A stretch of DNA of 32,601 bases from Sulfurimonas sp. (GCA_027083475.1 JALWON010000007.1:1-32601); one strand, 5' to 3'. Positions 1-10,622 are shown, counted from the first letter of the stretch. A program made the numbers and translations. The notes: a model not told the origin generated them from the sequence alone.

Positions 1-386
1 GATAAAAATTGCGAAACGATAGGCATAGAGACACCCGATTGGGGGTCGATGGCACTTGCCATAGAAAAACCCATCATAAAAGATATTTGTCCTCCCGCAA
101 AAGTGATAACATTGTAGGCAAGTTGGAGCACAATGCCAACGGCTAAGCCTAAAAGGAGTTCGCTGAGTATAGCAAGTACGATATTGGGGAGAGTAATGCT
201 AATCGCAAGCGGGGGCATGGAGTTGTAAAAAACCACACTAAAAAAGAAAGCTAAAGCAGCTTTAATATTCATAGGGATATTTTTGTGTGAAAAAATGGGT
301 GTTGCCATAAAAAGAGCGCCAAAACGAAAAAAGAGGAGGACAAAACCGACAATATTTGTTTCGTTAAATATGACTGCCCATTGCAT
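1..386 (-). CDS. fliR: Flagellar export apparatus protein FliR (5' part; runs off the window)
   Basis: Not in the ORF track. Manual translation from ATG at 386 gives MQWAVIFNETNIVGFVLLFFRFGALFMATPIFSHKNIP...SELLLGLAVG...FAGGQISFMMGFSMASAIDPQSG, with typical FliR motifs. Position after tsf-ABC matches Campylobacterota synteny. Confidence 0.92.
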   Translation of the reverse strand, partial: MQWAVIFNETNIVGFVLLFFRFGALFMATPIFSHKNIPMNIKAALAFFFSVVFYNSMPPLAISITLPNIVLAILSELLLGLAVGIVLQLAYNVITFAGGQISFMMGFSMASAIDPQSGVSMPIVSQFL

Positions 387-390
387 TGTA

Positions 391-1035
391 TTACTTTATT
401 TGTATGAGTGATTTATTTTCTAGCTTATAGACTTTGTCACATAAATTGGCTAAGTCTGTGTCGTGTGTCACAAGTAACATGCCTGCATCATTTTCTTGGG
501 TGTAGTGAAAGAAAAGTTCCATAACTTCATGGGCTGTTTTGGTGTCGAGGTTACCTGTAGGCTCATCGGCAAAAATGAGTGTTGGTTTTTTTGTCAAAAC
601 ACGTGCAATAGAGACTCGCTGTTGCTGTCCGCCTGAGAGTTGGGTCACTTTTTGTTGCATGGTTTCTTGAATGTGTAGCTGTGCTAAAAGATTTGTATCA
701 ATGGCTTGTTGAGACAAAAGCTGTGCTACTTCTAAGTTTTCATAGGCACTAAAGCCTTTAAAAAGATAGTGTGATTGAAAAACAAGACCAAGGGAGTTGC
801 GTTTGAGTGCGGCTAATTCTGTACTCTCTAGTTTGTAGATATTTTTTCCAAGTATCTCGACGGTGCCTTTGTCTGGTTGTAAAAGGCTGGAGAGTATATG
901 TAAAAGTGTGGATTTTCCACTGCCACTCATTCCAACAATAGCAATAGATTCATGGGTGTTGAGTGTTAAAGATACATTTGAAAAGAGTTCACATTCAAAA
1001 GTATGTGAGAGTTGTGTGGCTTGGAGGAGTTTCAT
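391..1035 (-). CDS. ABC transporter ATP-binding protein (LolD/MacB-like)
   Basis: Walker A GMSGSGKS, signature LSGGQQQR, Walker B/D-loop [12 protein letters not shown]-loop VTHD. Confidence 0.92.
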   Translation of the reverse strand: MKLLQATQLSHTFECELFSNVSLTLNTHESIAIVGMSGSGKSTLLHILSSLLQPDKGTVEILGKNIYKLESTELAALKRNSLGLVFQSHYLFKGFSAYENLEVAQLLSQQAIDTNLLAQLHIQETMQQKVTQLSGGQQQRVSIARVLTKKPTLIFADEPTGNLDTKTAHEVMELFFHYTQENDAGMLLVTHDTDLANLCDKVYKLENKSLIQIK

Positions 1036-1059
1036 GGCTAAGCGAAACGCTTAAGCCAT
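1034..1059 (-). promoter_or_regulatory. Hairpin spanning the tsf stop codon and the start codon of the ABC gene
   Basis: Minus strand reads ATGGCTTAAGCG-TTT-CGCTTAGCCAT: 11 bp stem with one bulge and no U tail. Confidence 0.45.
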
Positions 1060-2106
1060 TTGTGCCGCAACTTCCGCTGCGAAATCATCTTCTTTTTTCT
1101 CGATACCTTCACCAACTTCAAGACGAATAAAATCAGTAATCTCAGCTGTTCCACCGAGTGCTTTTGCAGCATCTTCAACTGCTTGAGCGACTGTTTTTTT
1201 ATCATCAAGAACGTATGCTTGGTCAAGAAGTGCTTGTTCTTTGTCTAATGTTGTATTATCAGAAATAAAACGTGCTAAAGAACCAGGAATGATTTTGTCC
1301 CAGATTTTTTCAGGTTTGTTTTGTGCTTTAAGCATCTCTTTGATGTCTGCTTCAGCTTGTGCCATAACTTCATCAGTGAGTTGCATCATTGAGACATATT
1401 GTGGTACATTTTTCAAAGGTTTTTTCAAGCGAGCGAGTTCTTCATTCTCTTTTTTAATCGCTTCAATTCTTCCTTTTGTTTCGCTCTCTACATACTCAGC
1501 ATCAAAATCTTTGTAAGAGAGTGTTGTAGGTTTCATTGCAGAAGCATGCATTGCAATTTGCTTTAAAGTATCTCTAATACCTTCAGCAGTTTTTGCACTG
1601 TCACATTTTGCTTTTACAATAACAGCAATACGGTTGTTTGAGTGCACATAAGCATTCATTGCAACTGTATCATCTTCAGCTTCTAATGTGCCAAAACGAC
1701 GAAGTTCAATTTTTTCACCAATCTTTGCAACAGTCTCTGTGAAGTAAGTACCAAACTCACTTGACATAACATCTGTAACATCTGATGGGTTTTTGCTGTA
1801 AACTTCTTCTGTAGTTTTGAGTACAAGGTTTTGAAAACCTTCATTTTTAGAAACAAAGTCAGTCTCTGAGTTAATCTCAACAACAGTTGCTTTAGAGAAA
1901 TCATCAGCAATTTTAAGTCCTACAAGACCTTCTGCTGCAACTCTATCTGCTTTTTTTGCTGCTTTTGCAATACCACGTTCTTTTAAAAGTTCTGTTGCTT
2001 TTGCCATGTCTCCATCAGCTTCCACTAAAACTTTTTTACAATCCATCATCGGTGCATCAGTTGCTGAACGCAACTCTTTTACCATTGCTGCTGTAATTTT
2101 TGCCAT
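1051..2106 (-). CDS. tsf: Translation elongation factor Ts
   Basis: [39 protein letters not shown]-terminal [19 protein letters not shown]. Confidence 0.99.
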   Translation of the reverse strand: MAKITAAMVKELRSATDAPMMDCKKVLVEADGDMAKATELLKERGIAKAAKKADRVAAEGLVGLKIADDFSKATVVEINSETDFVSKNEGFQNLVLKTTEEVYSKNPSDVTDVMSSEFGTYFTETVAKIGEKIELRRFGTLEAEDDTVAMNAYVHSNNRIAVIVKAKCDSAKTAEGIRDTLKQIAMHASAMKPTTLSYKDFDAEYVESETKGRIEAIKKENEELARLKKPLKNVPQYVSMMQLTDEVMAQAEADIKEMLKAQNKPEKIWDKIIPGSLARFISDNTTLDKEQALLDQAYVLDDKKTVAQAVEDAAKALGGTAEITDFIRLEVGEGIEKKEDDFAAEVAAQMA

Positions 2107-2108
2107 AA

Positions 2109-2891
2109 TTATGCTTCCTCTGTCGCTGCTACTTCTTCAGTGGCAGTTGCTTCTTGTGCTACTTCTTCTTGTGCTACTTCTTCTTCTGTTTGCTCTTCTT
2201 CCTCTGGTGCATCTGCGAGGGCTTTTCCTTCGTTGATAGCGGCTGTCATTTCACGACAGAAGAGTTGAATAGAACGGATTGCATCATCATTTCCTGGGAT
2301 TGGGTAATCAATAAGATCTGGATCACAGTTTGTATCAAGTGGTGCAACGATTGGGATGTTTAAACATCTTGCTTCTAAAACAGCGATGTGCTCTTTGACT
2401 GCATCAACAACAAATAGCATATCTGGAAGTTTTTTCATGTTACGAATACCACCAAAATACATTTCAAGTTTTTCTTTCTTACGAGAAAGCATTAATGCTT
2501 CTTTTTTTGTAAGTAAATCAATTTGACCATTTTCTTGCATTTGTGTAATCACATCAAGTTTACGGATAGACTTTTGAATTGTTGGGAAGTTTGTAAGCAT
2601 ACCCCCTAACCATCTGTTGTCTACATACGGCATGTTACAAGCAATTGCTGCTTCTCTTACAGAGTTACGTGCTTGTTTTTTTGTACCAACAAAAAGAACA
2701 GTTTGTCCTTCAGCAGCAGCATCCATGACAATTTTATATGTATTACGGAAATAACGTAAAGTTTTTTGTAAATCAATAATATAAATGTTTTTACGAACAC
2801 CAAAGATGTATTTTTTCATTTTTGGGTTCCAACGACGTGTTTGGTGTCCGAAGTGTACACCACATTCTAAGAGGTCTTTCATAGTTACCAT
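2109..2891 (-). CDS. rpsB: 30S ribosomal protein S2
   Basis: [47 protein letters not shown]. Confidence 0.99.
   Translation of the reverse strand: MVTMKDLLECGVHFGHQTRRWNPKMKKYIFGVRKNIYIIDLQKTLRYFRNTYKIVMDAAAEGQTVLFVGTKKQARNSVREAAIACNMPYVDNRWLGGMLTNFPTIQKSIRKLDVITQMQENGQIDLLTKKEALMLSRKKEKLEMYFGGIRNMKKLPDMLFVVDAVKEHIAVLEARCLNIPIVAPLDTNCDPDLIDYPIPGNDDAIRSIQLFCREMTAAINEGKALADAPEEEEQTEEEVAQEEVAQEATATEEVAATEEA
2151..2184. repeat. 15-bp tandem duplication in the acidic tail of S2 (EEVAQ x2)
   Basis: ttcttgtgctacttc occurs at 2151-2165 and 2166-2180. Confidence 0.8.
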
Positions 2892-3050
2892 AGGGTATCC
2901 TTAAGTTGCATTGTTTCGTGCAAAGAGATTTTGTTAGTTGGCTTTGAAGATGTCGGACAATATACCTCTAAAAAGAGGGTTGCACTAACTTTTTGACATA
3001 ATCTGTGAATATTTTCTTGTACTTTAGAGAAGAAAAATCGTGGAATTATA
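2892..3050 (-). promoter_or_regulatory. rpsB promoter (-10 TATAAT at 3045-3050) and ~145 nt structured 5' leader
   Basis: TATAAT overlaps the upstream gene's stop codon. Several short complementary segments lie in the leader, and SD AAGGA precedes the ATG. Confidence 0.5.
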
Positions 3051-5784
3051 CAGAAAGTTTGTTTAAATTTTGCATAAACTCTTCAAACTCTTTGGCTGGA
3101 AGTGGTTTGGAGTAGTAGTAGCCTTGAATTTCATCACAGCCTTGCGTTTTGAGGTAGTTGAGTTGCTCTGTTGTTTCTACACCTTCGGCAATGGTTGTGA
3201 GTCCTAAACCTTTTGCCATGGAAATGATAGAGTTTACAATGGCATTGTCGTCTGTATCGTTTGGTATATCACGAACAAAAGATTGGTCAATTTTGAGTTT
3301 ATAGACCTTAAATTTTTTCAAATAACTTAAGGAGGAGTAGCCTGTTCCAAAATCATCTATAGACATACGAATGCCTTTGGCATGGAGTGCATTCATGGTC
3401 TCTATGACATACTCAGGGTTTTTCATGGCAACACGTTCGGTGAGTTCGAGTTCTAGGTACTGCGATGCTAAGCCTACTTCATTGAGTATATCTTCTACCC
3501 ATTGAGTGATGTTTGGATTGCGAAATTGTACGGCTGAAATATTGACAGCAATGAGAAGTGGCGGCTCTCCCGCATCCATCCATGCTTTTACTTGTCGTGT
3601 TGCCTCTTTTAAGACCCACTCCCCAATAGGAATAATAAATCCATTGGCTTCGGCAATCGGGATAAACTCATCAGGAGGGATAAAACCCAGTTGTGGATGT
3701 TTCCAGCGAATGAGGGCTTCTGCCCCAACGAGTTTTTGTGTTTTTGCATCTACCTGTGGTTGGTAATAGACTTCAAGTTCATTGTTCTCAATAGCATGAT
3801 GCATTTCATTGGAGAGTTGCAGATGTCGGCTTGCAATTTCATGCATGGTTTGCGTGTAAAAGTGGTACCTGTTTTTTCCCTCTTCTTTGGCTTTATACAT
3901 TGCAGTATCTGCATTTTTGGCTAAAGTTTCGAGGCAATCTCCATTTTCTGGGTAGATGGTAATGCCAATGGAGAGGGAGGTATGGAGTTCTTGCCCTTCA
4001 TAGAGAAAAGGTTCTGCACTGAGTGCTAAGAGTTTTTGCGCTATTTGTGAGGCCGCTTTGGCATCGGTATTTGGGAAAAGGAGTAAAAATTCATCACCAC
4101 CTTGTCTTGCGATGATATCTTCATCACGAGAAACAGTTTGAAATCTCTTCGCTACTTCTTGTAAGAGAATATCACCTACAGAATGACCTAAGGTGTCATT
4201 AATCTCTTTAAAATTGTCCAAATCTACAAACATTAGGGCAAAATGCTCTTTGGAGCGTTCACTTCTGCTGAGTACTTGTGTAAAGTGGGTTTCAAAAAGG
4301 GAACGGTTGGCTAAGTGTGTGAGTGCATCGTAGTTGGCGAGTTGGTAGATGTGTGCATCAGTCTCTTCTTGGCGCTGTGCTTTTTTGAAATTATCGAGGG
4401 CAAAATTGAGCTCTAATTGCATCTTTTCAAAAAGTTTGCGAATTTTGGCTGTGAAGTATTTGCCTGCTTGTGAGTAGATGACTAAAATTGCCACGATTTC
4501 ACCCTCTTGTTTGAGGGGAATACCTACTGCACTTGCTAAGTTGTATTTTTTTGCAGCTGCATGCCATGGTGTACTTTTGAGGGAAGTTTGAAAATCCATA
4601 AAGTATTGGATTTCTTGTGTTAAGTAGGCTTGTCCTGCAGGACCTTTGGCTAAAGGGCTTTGTGGGTCTATAGAGAGGTGCAGGGAGTTGACATACTCAG
4701 AAGCCTCACCTGCCACAGCACAAATTTTGAGTTCTTGCGTTTTTTTGTTTGGAAGCCCTATCCAGGCAAGGGCAAATTCCCCGTAGGTTACTGTGTCTGT
4801 GCAGACTGTTTGAAAGAGGGATTCTTGTGTTTTTGCATGAATAATCGCTTGGTTGGAGTGGCTGAGGAGGGCATAAAGATTACTGAGTTGGGCATTGTGC
4901 TTGAGGAGTTCATGGAGTTGTTGTTGCGTTTTTTCTAAAAGTGCATAAATACTGTTTGGAACTTTTTTCTTGTGTGCAAATTGGGTGTGAAAAACTCCTT
5001 TTCCTATTTGGGAGAGTTGGTGATGGACTTCATGCAGTGGCGCCCCTAAGATGTTAAAGGCGACTTTTTTTAAGTGCCACAGTGTCAAAAGTAAAATAAG
5101 AATGTTGATAGCGAGTAAGAACTTACTCATTTTAGCAAAGAATTTTGCATTTTGAACATTTTTTGTTGTTCTTGTTTTGAGTAGTTGTGTAAATGCTGCA
5201 ATGGGTTGCATAATTGCTTTTTTTGCTTCATGGTATCTTGCATTAAAAAGAAGGTTGAGTGCCTTTTCTTGTGCTTCATGAGAATTTGGATTTTTTTCTA
5301 TGAGATGCATCGCCTGATACTCGATTTTTGTGAGGGCATCAGAGTTTTGTTTGGCTTCTTGGAGTTTTGCAAACTCTTCTCGTGAAAAGCCCGCTTGGCG
5401 CATTCTTTGCAAAAGAGAGCGTGGATGCTCTTCATTTGCACAGGGGCGTTTATCATCAAGCATGACAAGATCCCAGTAGATACTGTCATAGTCGATGGGA
5501 CGTGCTTTGAGACCATTGCGTATGTTTAAGATTTCTTGGTAGTGCTGTTTGTAAATGGGCTTTTTGGTTGCCACATAGGTGCGCACCATACGGGTTAAGT
5601 CATCAGAAGATTGTCGTAACTCTTGTGCAAGTTTAAAAGATTCAAGTTGAAAATGTGATGTTTTCTCAAGCTCTTTTTGTGCAAGGGCATAGAGAGAAAA
5701 AAAGAGCAAAAGAGCAAAAGAAGCAAGAAATGTATAAAAAATATTTTGCTCAATATTATAAAATGATTGCTTCTCTTGAGACAT
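3046..5784 (-). CDS. Membrane sensor diguanylate cyclase/phosphodiesterase (TM-helical sensor-TM-GAF-GGDEF-EAL)
   Basis: Two hydrophobic segments flank a helical periplasmic domain (ELRQSSDDLTRM...). GAF region (LAWIG...SAVGIPL), intact GGDEF with RxxD site (RDED), EAL and DDFGTGYSSL motifs. Confidence 0.93.
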   Translation of the reverse strand: MSQEKQSFYNIEQNIFYTFLASFALLLFFSLYALAQKELEKTSHFQLESFKLAQELRQSSDDLTRMVRTYVATKKPIYKQHYQEILNIRNGLKARPIDYDSIYWDLVMLDDKRPCANEEHPRSLLQRMRQAGFSREEFAKLQEAKQNSDALTKIEYQAMHLIEKNPNSHEAQEKALNLLFNARYHEAKKAIMQPIAAFTQLLKTRTTKNVQNAKFFAKMSKFLLAINILILLLTLWHLKKVAFNILGAPLHEVHHQLSQIGKGVFHTQFAHKKKVPNSIYALLEKTQQQLHELLKHNAQLSNLYALLSHSNQAIIHAKTQESLFQTVCTDTVTYGEFALAWIGLPNKKTQELKICAVAGEASEYVNSLHLSIDPQSPLAKGPAGQAYLTQEIQYFMDFQTSLKSTPWHAAAKKYNLASAVGIPLKQEGEIVAILVIYSQAGKYFTAKIRKLFEKMQLELNFALDNFKKAQRQEETDAHIYQLANYDALTHLANRSLFETHFTQVLSRSERSKEHFALMFVDLDNFKEINDTLGHSVGDILLQEVAKRFQTVSRDEDIIARQGGDEFLLLFPNTDAKAASQIAQKLLALSAEPFLYEGQELHTSLSIGITIYPENGDCLETLAKNADTAMYKAKEEGKNRYHFYTQTMHEIASRHLQLSNEMHHAIENNELEVYYQPQVDAKTQKLVGAEALIRWKHPQLGFIPPDEFIPIAEANGFIIPIGEWVLKEATRQVKAWMDAGEPPLLIAVNISAVQFRNPNITQWVEDILNEVGLASQYLELELTERVAMKNPEYVIETMNALHAKGIRMSIDDFGTGYSSLSYLKKFKVYKLKIDQSFVRDIPNDTDDNAIVNSIISMAKGLGLTTIAEGVETTEQLNYLKTQGCDEIQGYYYSKPLPAKEFEEFMQNLNKLSV

Positions 5785-5793
5785 CTTTTTTCC

Positions 5794-6264
5794 CTACTCG
5801 GCTTGTAACTCTTGGAGTTTTTCTTTGACTTTTGCTACATGCTCTTTGACACGTACCTTTTCAAAAATAGCTCGGATGACTCCCTCAGGGTCTATAATGA
5901 ATGTTGTTCGTACAATGCCCATATACTCTTTGCCATAATTTTTTTTGAGTTGCCAAACACCATACTCTTGCATCATGTTGGTACTTTCATCACTCAAAAG
6001 CGTAATGCCGAGTGCTTTTTTTTCGATGAAGTTACGGTGTTTTTTCGTGCTGTCTGCACTCACCCCTAAAATGATGGCATCAAGGTCTGAAAAATCAGGG
6101 GCTGCCTCTGTAAACTCACAGGCTTCAGTGGTGCATCCAGGGGTGTTGTCACGAGGGTAGAAGTAAAGGACTATCCATTTCCCTTTTAAATCGCGAGAAC
6201 ATATCTCGACATCATCTTGGTTTGGTAGACAAAACGCAGGTGCTTCTTGGTTGATTGCTAACAT
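5794..6264 (-). CDS. bcp: Thioredoxin-dependent thiol peroxidase (BCP/PrxQ)
   Basis: LYFYPRDNTPGCTTEAC motif; GIVRTTFIID. Confidence 0.95.
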   Translation of the reverse strand: MLAINQEAPAFCLPNQDDVEICSRDLKGKWIVLYFYPRDNTPGCTTEACEFTEAAPDFSDLDAIILGVSADSTKKHRNFIEKKALGITLLSDESTNMMQEYGVWQLKKNYGKEYMGIVRTTFIIDPEGVIRAIFEKVRVKEHVAKVKEKLQELQAE

Positions 6265-6273
6265 GTAAATTCC

Positions 6274-6765
6274 TTAATAAACAAAAAGTAAAAGATAGAC
6301 CCAAATACCGCTAAAAGAGGTCAAAATAATAGCTATAAAAGTTTTTGCTGCTAAAAGTTTATGGTGTCTTGATTTGGCTCCAGGGATGAGCTTTTTTTTA
6401 AATTGGATATTTGCATTGATAACAGTGAGTATCCAGTAAAAAAGCATGACAACAGCGATGAAAATGTGTAAGACTAAAATGATAGAAGCATAGGTATGTG
6501 AAACACCACTTCCCTGCATAAAAGCATCAAACCCTCCACCTACGCGGACACCTAGTTCAAAATAGCCAAGAACAATGACCGCTGCAACAAAAATGATATT
6601 TTGTGTCAAGGCATGTAAAACATACTGTTTTTTTCGTGCAAGTAAAATAGATGCAAAGACAATGAGGGGTAAAAAAACCACAATCAAAGTCACAAAATCC
6701 ATAAAAAATGGTGCACGTGTTCCAAGAAAACCCGCTTGGAACATATAATTCATTTTTTCTTGCAT
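6274..6765 (-). CDS. DUF420-like four-TM membrane protein
   Basis: Four hydrophobic helices with H-containing motifs (LHALTQ, LHIFIA, HHKLLA) and a WVY end. Start moved to ATG 6765, which follows GAGGG just after the dedA stop. Confidence 0.65.
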   Translation of the reverse strand: MQEKMNYMFQAGFLGTRAPFFMDFVTLIVVFLPLIVFASILLARKKQYVLHALTQNIIFVAAVIVLGYFELGVRVGGGFDAFMQGSGVSHTYASIILVLHIFIAVVMLFYWILTVINANIQFKKKLIPGAKSRHHKLLAAKTFIAIILTSFSGIWVYLLLFVY

Positions 6766-6769
6766 AGTA

Positions 6770-7366
6770 TTACCCTCGCTTCTTTTGATACAAATAGTAG
6801 CCAATGCCTACAAACACTAAAGTAATGACAACCCCAAGGGTAATTTCATGTAGATACTCTGCAATTAAGGCTTGATTCTCTCCGATGATATACCCAAGAA
6901 GGGTGAGTACTAAAGCCCAAATCCCAGCACCTAAAGCGGTAAAAAGGGAAAATTGTGCCAGATTCATACGTGCTAAACCCGCAGGAATAGAGATAAGTTG
7001 GCGAATACCAGGAATGAGACGACCACTAAAAGTAGAGATGTGTCCATGTTTTTCAAAGAAGTTTTCCATTTTTAAGAGAGCTTCTTCTTTAATGAAAAAG
7101 TATTTTCCATAACGCAGGAGAAATTTTCTTCCTAAAGTGAGTGCTAAATAGTAGTTTATAAAGGCACCAACCATTGAGCCTGCAAGGGCTGAAAGCATAA
7201 TAAGTGCTATGCTCATTTCTCCTTGTGAGGCTAAATAGCCCGCAGGAATGAGGACTATTTCACTCGGAAAAGGGATAAAAGAGGACTCTATGGCCATCAT
7301 AATAAAGATGCCAAGATAGCCCCAGCTAAAGATGGCATCTACTAAAAGTTGTGCGAGTTCATGCAT
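6770..7366 (-). CDS. DedA family membrane protein
   Basis: IESSFIPFPSEIVLIPAGY and GRLIPGIRQLISIPAG motifs. Confidence 0.95.
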   Translation of the reverse strand: MHELAQLLVDAIFSWGYLGIFIMMAIESSFIPFPSEIVLIPAGYLASQGEMSIALIMLSALAGSMVGAFINYYLALTLGRKFLLRYGKYFFIKEEALLKMENFFEKHGHISTFSGRLIPGIRQLISIPAGLARMNLAQFSLFTALGAGIWALVLTLLGYIIGENQALIAEYLHEITLGVVITLVFVGIGYYLYQKKRG

Positions 7367-8384
7367 GTGTAAAATCCTTTTGTACTTCTTGTATCATTTG
7401 CGAAGCAACATTTATTGTACCATAGGAAAGTAATTTTTTGCTTTTTTCTTCTAAGGGCTCGTCTAAAATTGCTAAAAGTTGCTGTTGTAAGTCACTTTGT
7501 TCTCGTTGGCACCAACCCATCTCATTTTTGAGTATAAACGCAGCATTGTGAAACTGATGATCACCTGCTGCATAGGGGTAGGGAATGAAAAATGCCGGAC
7601 ATCCATTGGCTGTGAGCTCCCAGAGTGTGGAGGCTCCTGCTCGAGAGACGGCTAAATCTGCACGACTTATGAGCTTTGCAAGTGCAGGGGTAAACGCATA
7701 GAGTTCTACTTCTATATCTAAGTTTTTGTATGCTTTTTCTACCCGATCAAAATCGGATTCTCCTGCTTGATGGATGATGCTGATTCCTCGTTTGACTAAC
7801 TCTGGAGCAACACTGAGGGCTAAATCATTGATAGCTTTTGCCCCGTGACTCCCCCCTAAAAAGATAAGTGTCTCTAAGCTTTTTCGCACTCTTGCGTTTT
7901 TGTAAAAGAGTTCTTTGACAGGATAGCCTTGGATGGGAGAGTCTGGTGCATAAGCAGAAATAAAACTTTTTGCATAGGGTTTTAAGAGGGCATTGAGGCG
8001 TCCTGTGACAGCATTTTGTTCATGAATGTAGAGGGGAATGTGACGGCTGAGTGCAGCAAGTGCCCCAGGAGCAGCGGAGAAACCACCGACACTGTAAGTC
8101 GCGTCTATTTTGTGCTTTTGTAAGAGTTTGCGAGAGCGCATAAAGGCTTTGAAGATTTTTATAAGTGCTGTAATTTTTTTGAAACCTTTTTGATTGACAA
8201 CGCCTGTGGTGGGTAAGAAATAGACTGCATGAAAGGCACTGTTATGTTCAAAATATTTTCTATCTTGCCCCTGTGTGGAGCCGATAAAGATGCATTGGTG
8301 TCCTGCCTTATTTGCCGCTTCAAGCAGGGACTCTGCTATCATGAGGTGCCCTCCTGTCCCGCCACCTGTAATACAAAGTTTCAT
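7359..8384 (-). CDS. murG: Lipid II GlcNAc transferase MurG
   Basis: TGGGTGGH, HEQN, LGGSHGA, SRAGAST, PYPYAAGDHQ. Confidence 0.97.
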   Translation of the reverse strand: MKLCITGGGTGGHLMIAESLLEAANKAGHQCIFIGSTQGQDRKYFEHNSAFHAVYFLPTTGVVNQKGFKKITALIKIFKAFMRSRKLLQKHKIDATYSVGGFSAAPGALAALSRHIPLYIHEQNAVTGRLNALLKPYAKSFISAYAPDSPIQGYPVKELFYKNARVRKSLETLIFLGGSHGAKAINDLALSVAPELVKRGISIIHQAGESDFDRVEKAYKNLDIEVELYAFTPALAKLISRADLAVSRAGASTLWELTANGCPAFFIPYPYAAGDHQFHNAAFILKNEMGWCQREQSDLQQQLLAILDEPLEEKSKKLLSYGTINVASQMIQEVQKDFTHA

Positions 8385-9556
8385 TTGACTCCTTTTTCCA
8401 TTTGTGCTTTTTTTGAAGCCATGAGTATCATACCTATACCAAATGCAGCACCAAGCATCGCAGAACCACCATAGCTTAAAAAAGGGACAGAGAGTCCTTT
8501 AATAGGGGTAATGCCACTGATACCATAGGCATTGACAAGAAAAGAAAAAGCCAAGATAAGTCCAATGCCGATGCTAAAGAGATAGAGTGTCTGCTCTTTT
8601 GAGCGGTTGGCAATTTTAAAAATGCGGTGTAAAATGAGCAGGAAAATCACAACCACACCAAGCACACCAAAAAAACCAAACTCTTCGGCGAGTCCTGCTA
8701 AGATGAAGTCAGTATGCACCTCAGATAAAAAGCCTAGTTTAAAAGTGCCATTGCCAAGTCCTACTCCAAAGAGTCCCCCATTATGAATGGCATTGAGGGA
8801 GTGACCGATTTGGTAGGGTTCAACCTCGACAGGGACTCTGAGTTTGTCGGCAATAGAATCAGGTAACAGTCCAAGAACAGAGTTTTGTGCAAGGGACCAC
8901 CATGATTTGATGCGAAGAATTCTATGGTGTGCAGTGACAATGAAAATAACCACAGCCATAAAAATGCCTCCTAAAATAGTGATAAAAAACTTAAAACTAC
9001 TCCCTGCAAAGATGAGCATAAACAGCAGTGTCAAACCTAAAACAACGACTTGCCCTAAATCTTTTTGTAAAAACGCAATGATAAACATCGCCCCCACAAA
9101 AACAACACCATAGGGGGTAAAACGCTTAAACTCATTGATCAGTCCCATGCCACGATGGTGCCCGAGTTTACGTGAAAAGCTCCAGGCTAAAAAATAGATA
9201 AAGCCGACTTTAAAAAACTCTACAGGTGCAAGAGAAAAACCTGCGACTTTGATCCAGCGTTTGGCACCGCCTACTTCAGAGACTAAGCTTGTAGGTAAAA
9301 AAGGCATAGCAATCATAAGTGCTAATGAGCCTAAAAAGAGGGTGAAACCTATGGGACTGAGCCATTTGTCAGGATTGAGCAGGGAGAGGCTAAACATAAT
9401 TGTTAAACTCAAAACACCAAAAATGGCTTGGCGCAGGGCAAAATGAAACTCATTGGTATGAAAAAGGAGGGTGACATAGACAGAGAGGGAGTAAGAGAGA
9501 ATAATGCTTATTCCGATGAGTATGGCAACAAGGGTAAATAATTTTCTATCTGCCAT
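8381..9556 (-). CDS. ftsW: SEDS peptidoglycan polymerase FtsW
   Basis: GAKRWI, SEVHTDFI, PFLSYGGS; multiple TM segments; directly upstream of murG. Confidence 0.9.
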   Translation of the reverse strand: MADRKLFTLVAILIGISIILSYSLSVYVTLLFHTNEFHFALRQAIFGVLSLTIMFSLSLLNPDKWLSPIGFTLFLGSLALMIAMPFLPTSLVSEVGGAKRWIKVAGFSLAPVEFFKVGFIYFLAWSFSRKLGHHRGMGLINEFKRFTPYGVVFVGAMFIIAFLQKDLGQVVVLGLTLLFMLIFAGSSFKFFITILGGIFMAVVIFIVTAHHRILRIKSWWSLAQNSVLGLLPDSIADKLRVPVEVEPYQIGHSLNAIHNGGLFGVGLGNGTFKLGFLSEVHTDFILAGLAEEFGFFGVLGVVVIFLLILHRIFKIANRSKEQTLYLFSIGIGLILAFSFLVNAYGISGITPIKGLSVPFLSYGGSAMLGAAFGIGMILMASKKAQMEKGVK

Positions 9557-9567
9557 CTCTACATACC

Positions 9568-10101
9568 TTACTTGAGTTGGTTGATTTTAAGGACAAATTC
9601 GACTTCAGGCTTGGAGATATGTAACTCTTTAGAAATGGTTTCAACAGAGACACTCTGTTTAAATAAAGAGATGATTTTTTCATCATCATTGCCATGGATG
9701 GAACTTGGAATAGAGATTTGTTTGACCCCGCTCTCAAGGTTTGCAACACGCGAATTGAGTTCTGCTTCTATGTAGTTAATGTTTTCTTGGAGTTGTTTCA
9801 TGCCTTGTGAAAAAGGATTTATCATGTCATAGACACTGCGTTCTATCTCTTCATATATCTCTCTGTCACTCATACGTTGTGAATTTTTGCTGATGTTTTT
9901 TTGTGTCTCTTCGAGCTTCTTTTTCAAATAAAAAATTTCTCTGTTAAGCTCTTCTGCTGCACTGGCAACGGAGCGGATATTTTTGGTGTAATTTGCATCT
10001 TTTGTAAAAACATAGTAGAGAAGATAGAGAATGATGCCTGCCATAAGGAGAATGATATACTCAATATGAAATTGGGAGAGGTCTATTTGCGGGATATTCA
10101 C
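9568..10101 (-). CDS. Conserved membrane-anchored coiled-coil protein with a C-terminal HTH-like motif (DUF6115/DUF2802-like)
   Basis: N-terminal TM, coiled coil, C-terminal SVETISKELHISKPEVEFVLK. GTG start overlaps the upstream stop. Confidence 0.6.
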   Translation of the reverse strand: MNIPQIDLSQFHIEYIILLMAGIILYLLYYVFTKDANYTKNIRSVASAAEELNREIFYLKKKLEETQKNISKNSQRMSDREIYEEIERSVYDMINPFSQGMKQLQENINYIEAELNSRVANLESGVKQISIPSSIHGNDDEKIISLFKQSVSVETISKELHISKPEVEFVLKINQLK

Positions 10102-10622
10102 GATTTTTTCTCTTTCATTTCACGAATGAGTACACGCTCACGTGCGGTCATATAGGCCGCCCACTCTTTTTCATCTCTTTCGTGAATTTTGCTAAATTGG
10201 GCGAGTGTTTCACTGAGTGCTGTAAAGAAAACACCAACATCGCGTTTAGGATGCACAGGCATCTCGATGCGTGCATAATATGTGGCACCTTTGATAAAAA
10301 GAGGCTCCTCAATGCGAAAATGCTCAAAGCCAATGGCATCAATGTTCGCAGCAGCTGTGAGTGAGACACGTTTGGGTTGTTCATCTTTTAAAAACATCTC
10401 AAGTGCGTCTATTTTGTTGTGGAGCTCTACGATGAGTTGGAGCAATACGGGGTCTGTATCGGCAGTTTCTCCTTTTGCTTTGGCAAGTTTGAGCCACTGT
10501 TGGATGGCATTTTCATCTGATTCGCTGAGTTGATGATACTCCCGTTCAAAAAGTTCTTTGTCTTGGGAAGCTTCACTAAAGAGCAGACTAATAGGGGCAG
10601 GAACTAAACGCGGCTGGCTCAT
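10098..10622 (-). CDS. Conserved hypothetical protein (possible degenerate PilZ-like C-terminal barrel)
   Basis: Coupled by 4-nt overlaps to both neighbours; coiled segment ELHNKIDALE followed by a beta-rich region. The family call is tentative. Confidence 0.6.
   Translation of the reverse strand: MSQPRLVPAPISLLFSEASQDKELFEREYHQLSESDENAIQQWLKLAKAKGETADTDPVLLQLIVELHNKIDALEMFLKDEQPKRVSLTAAANIDAIGFEHFRIEEPLFIKGATYYARIEMPVHPKRDVGVFFTALSETLAQFSKIHERDEKEWAAYMTARERVLIREMKEKKS

Noticed and set aside
2963-2974. TACCTCTAAAAA matches 12 nt of the MITE terminal repeat
   Set aside because: Short, A-rich, has no partner end, and is explained by a local hairpin in the rpsB leader.
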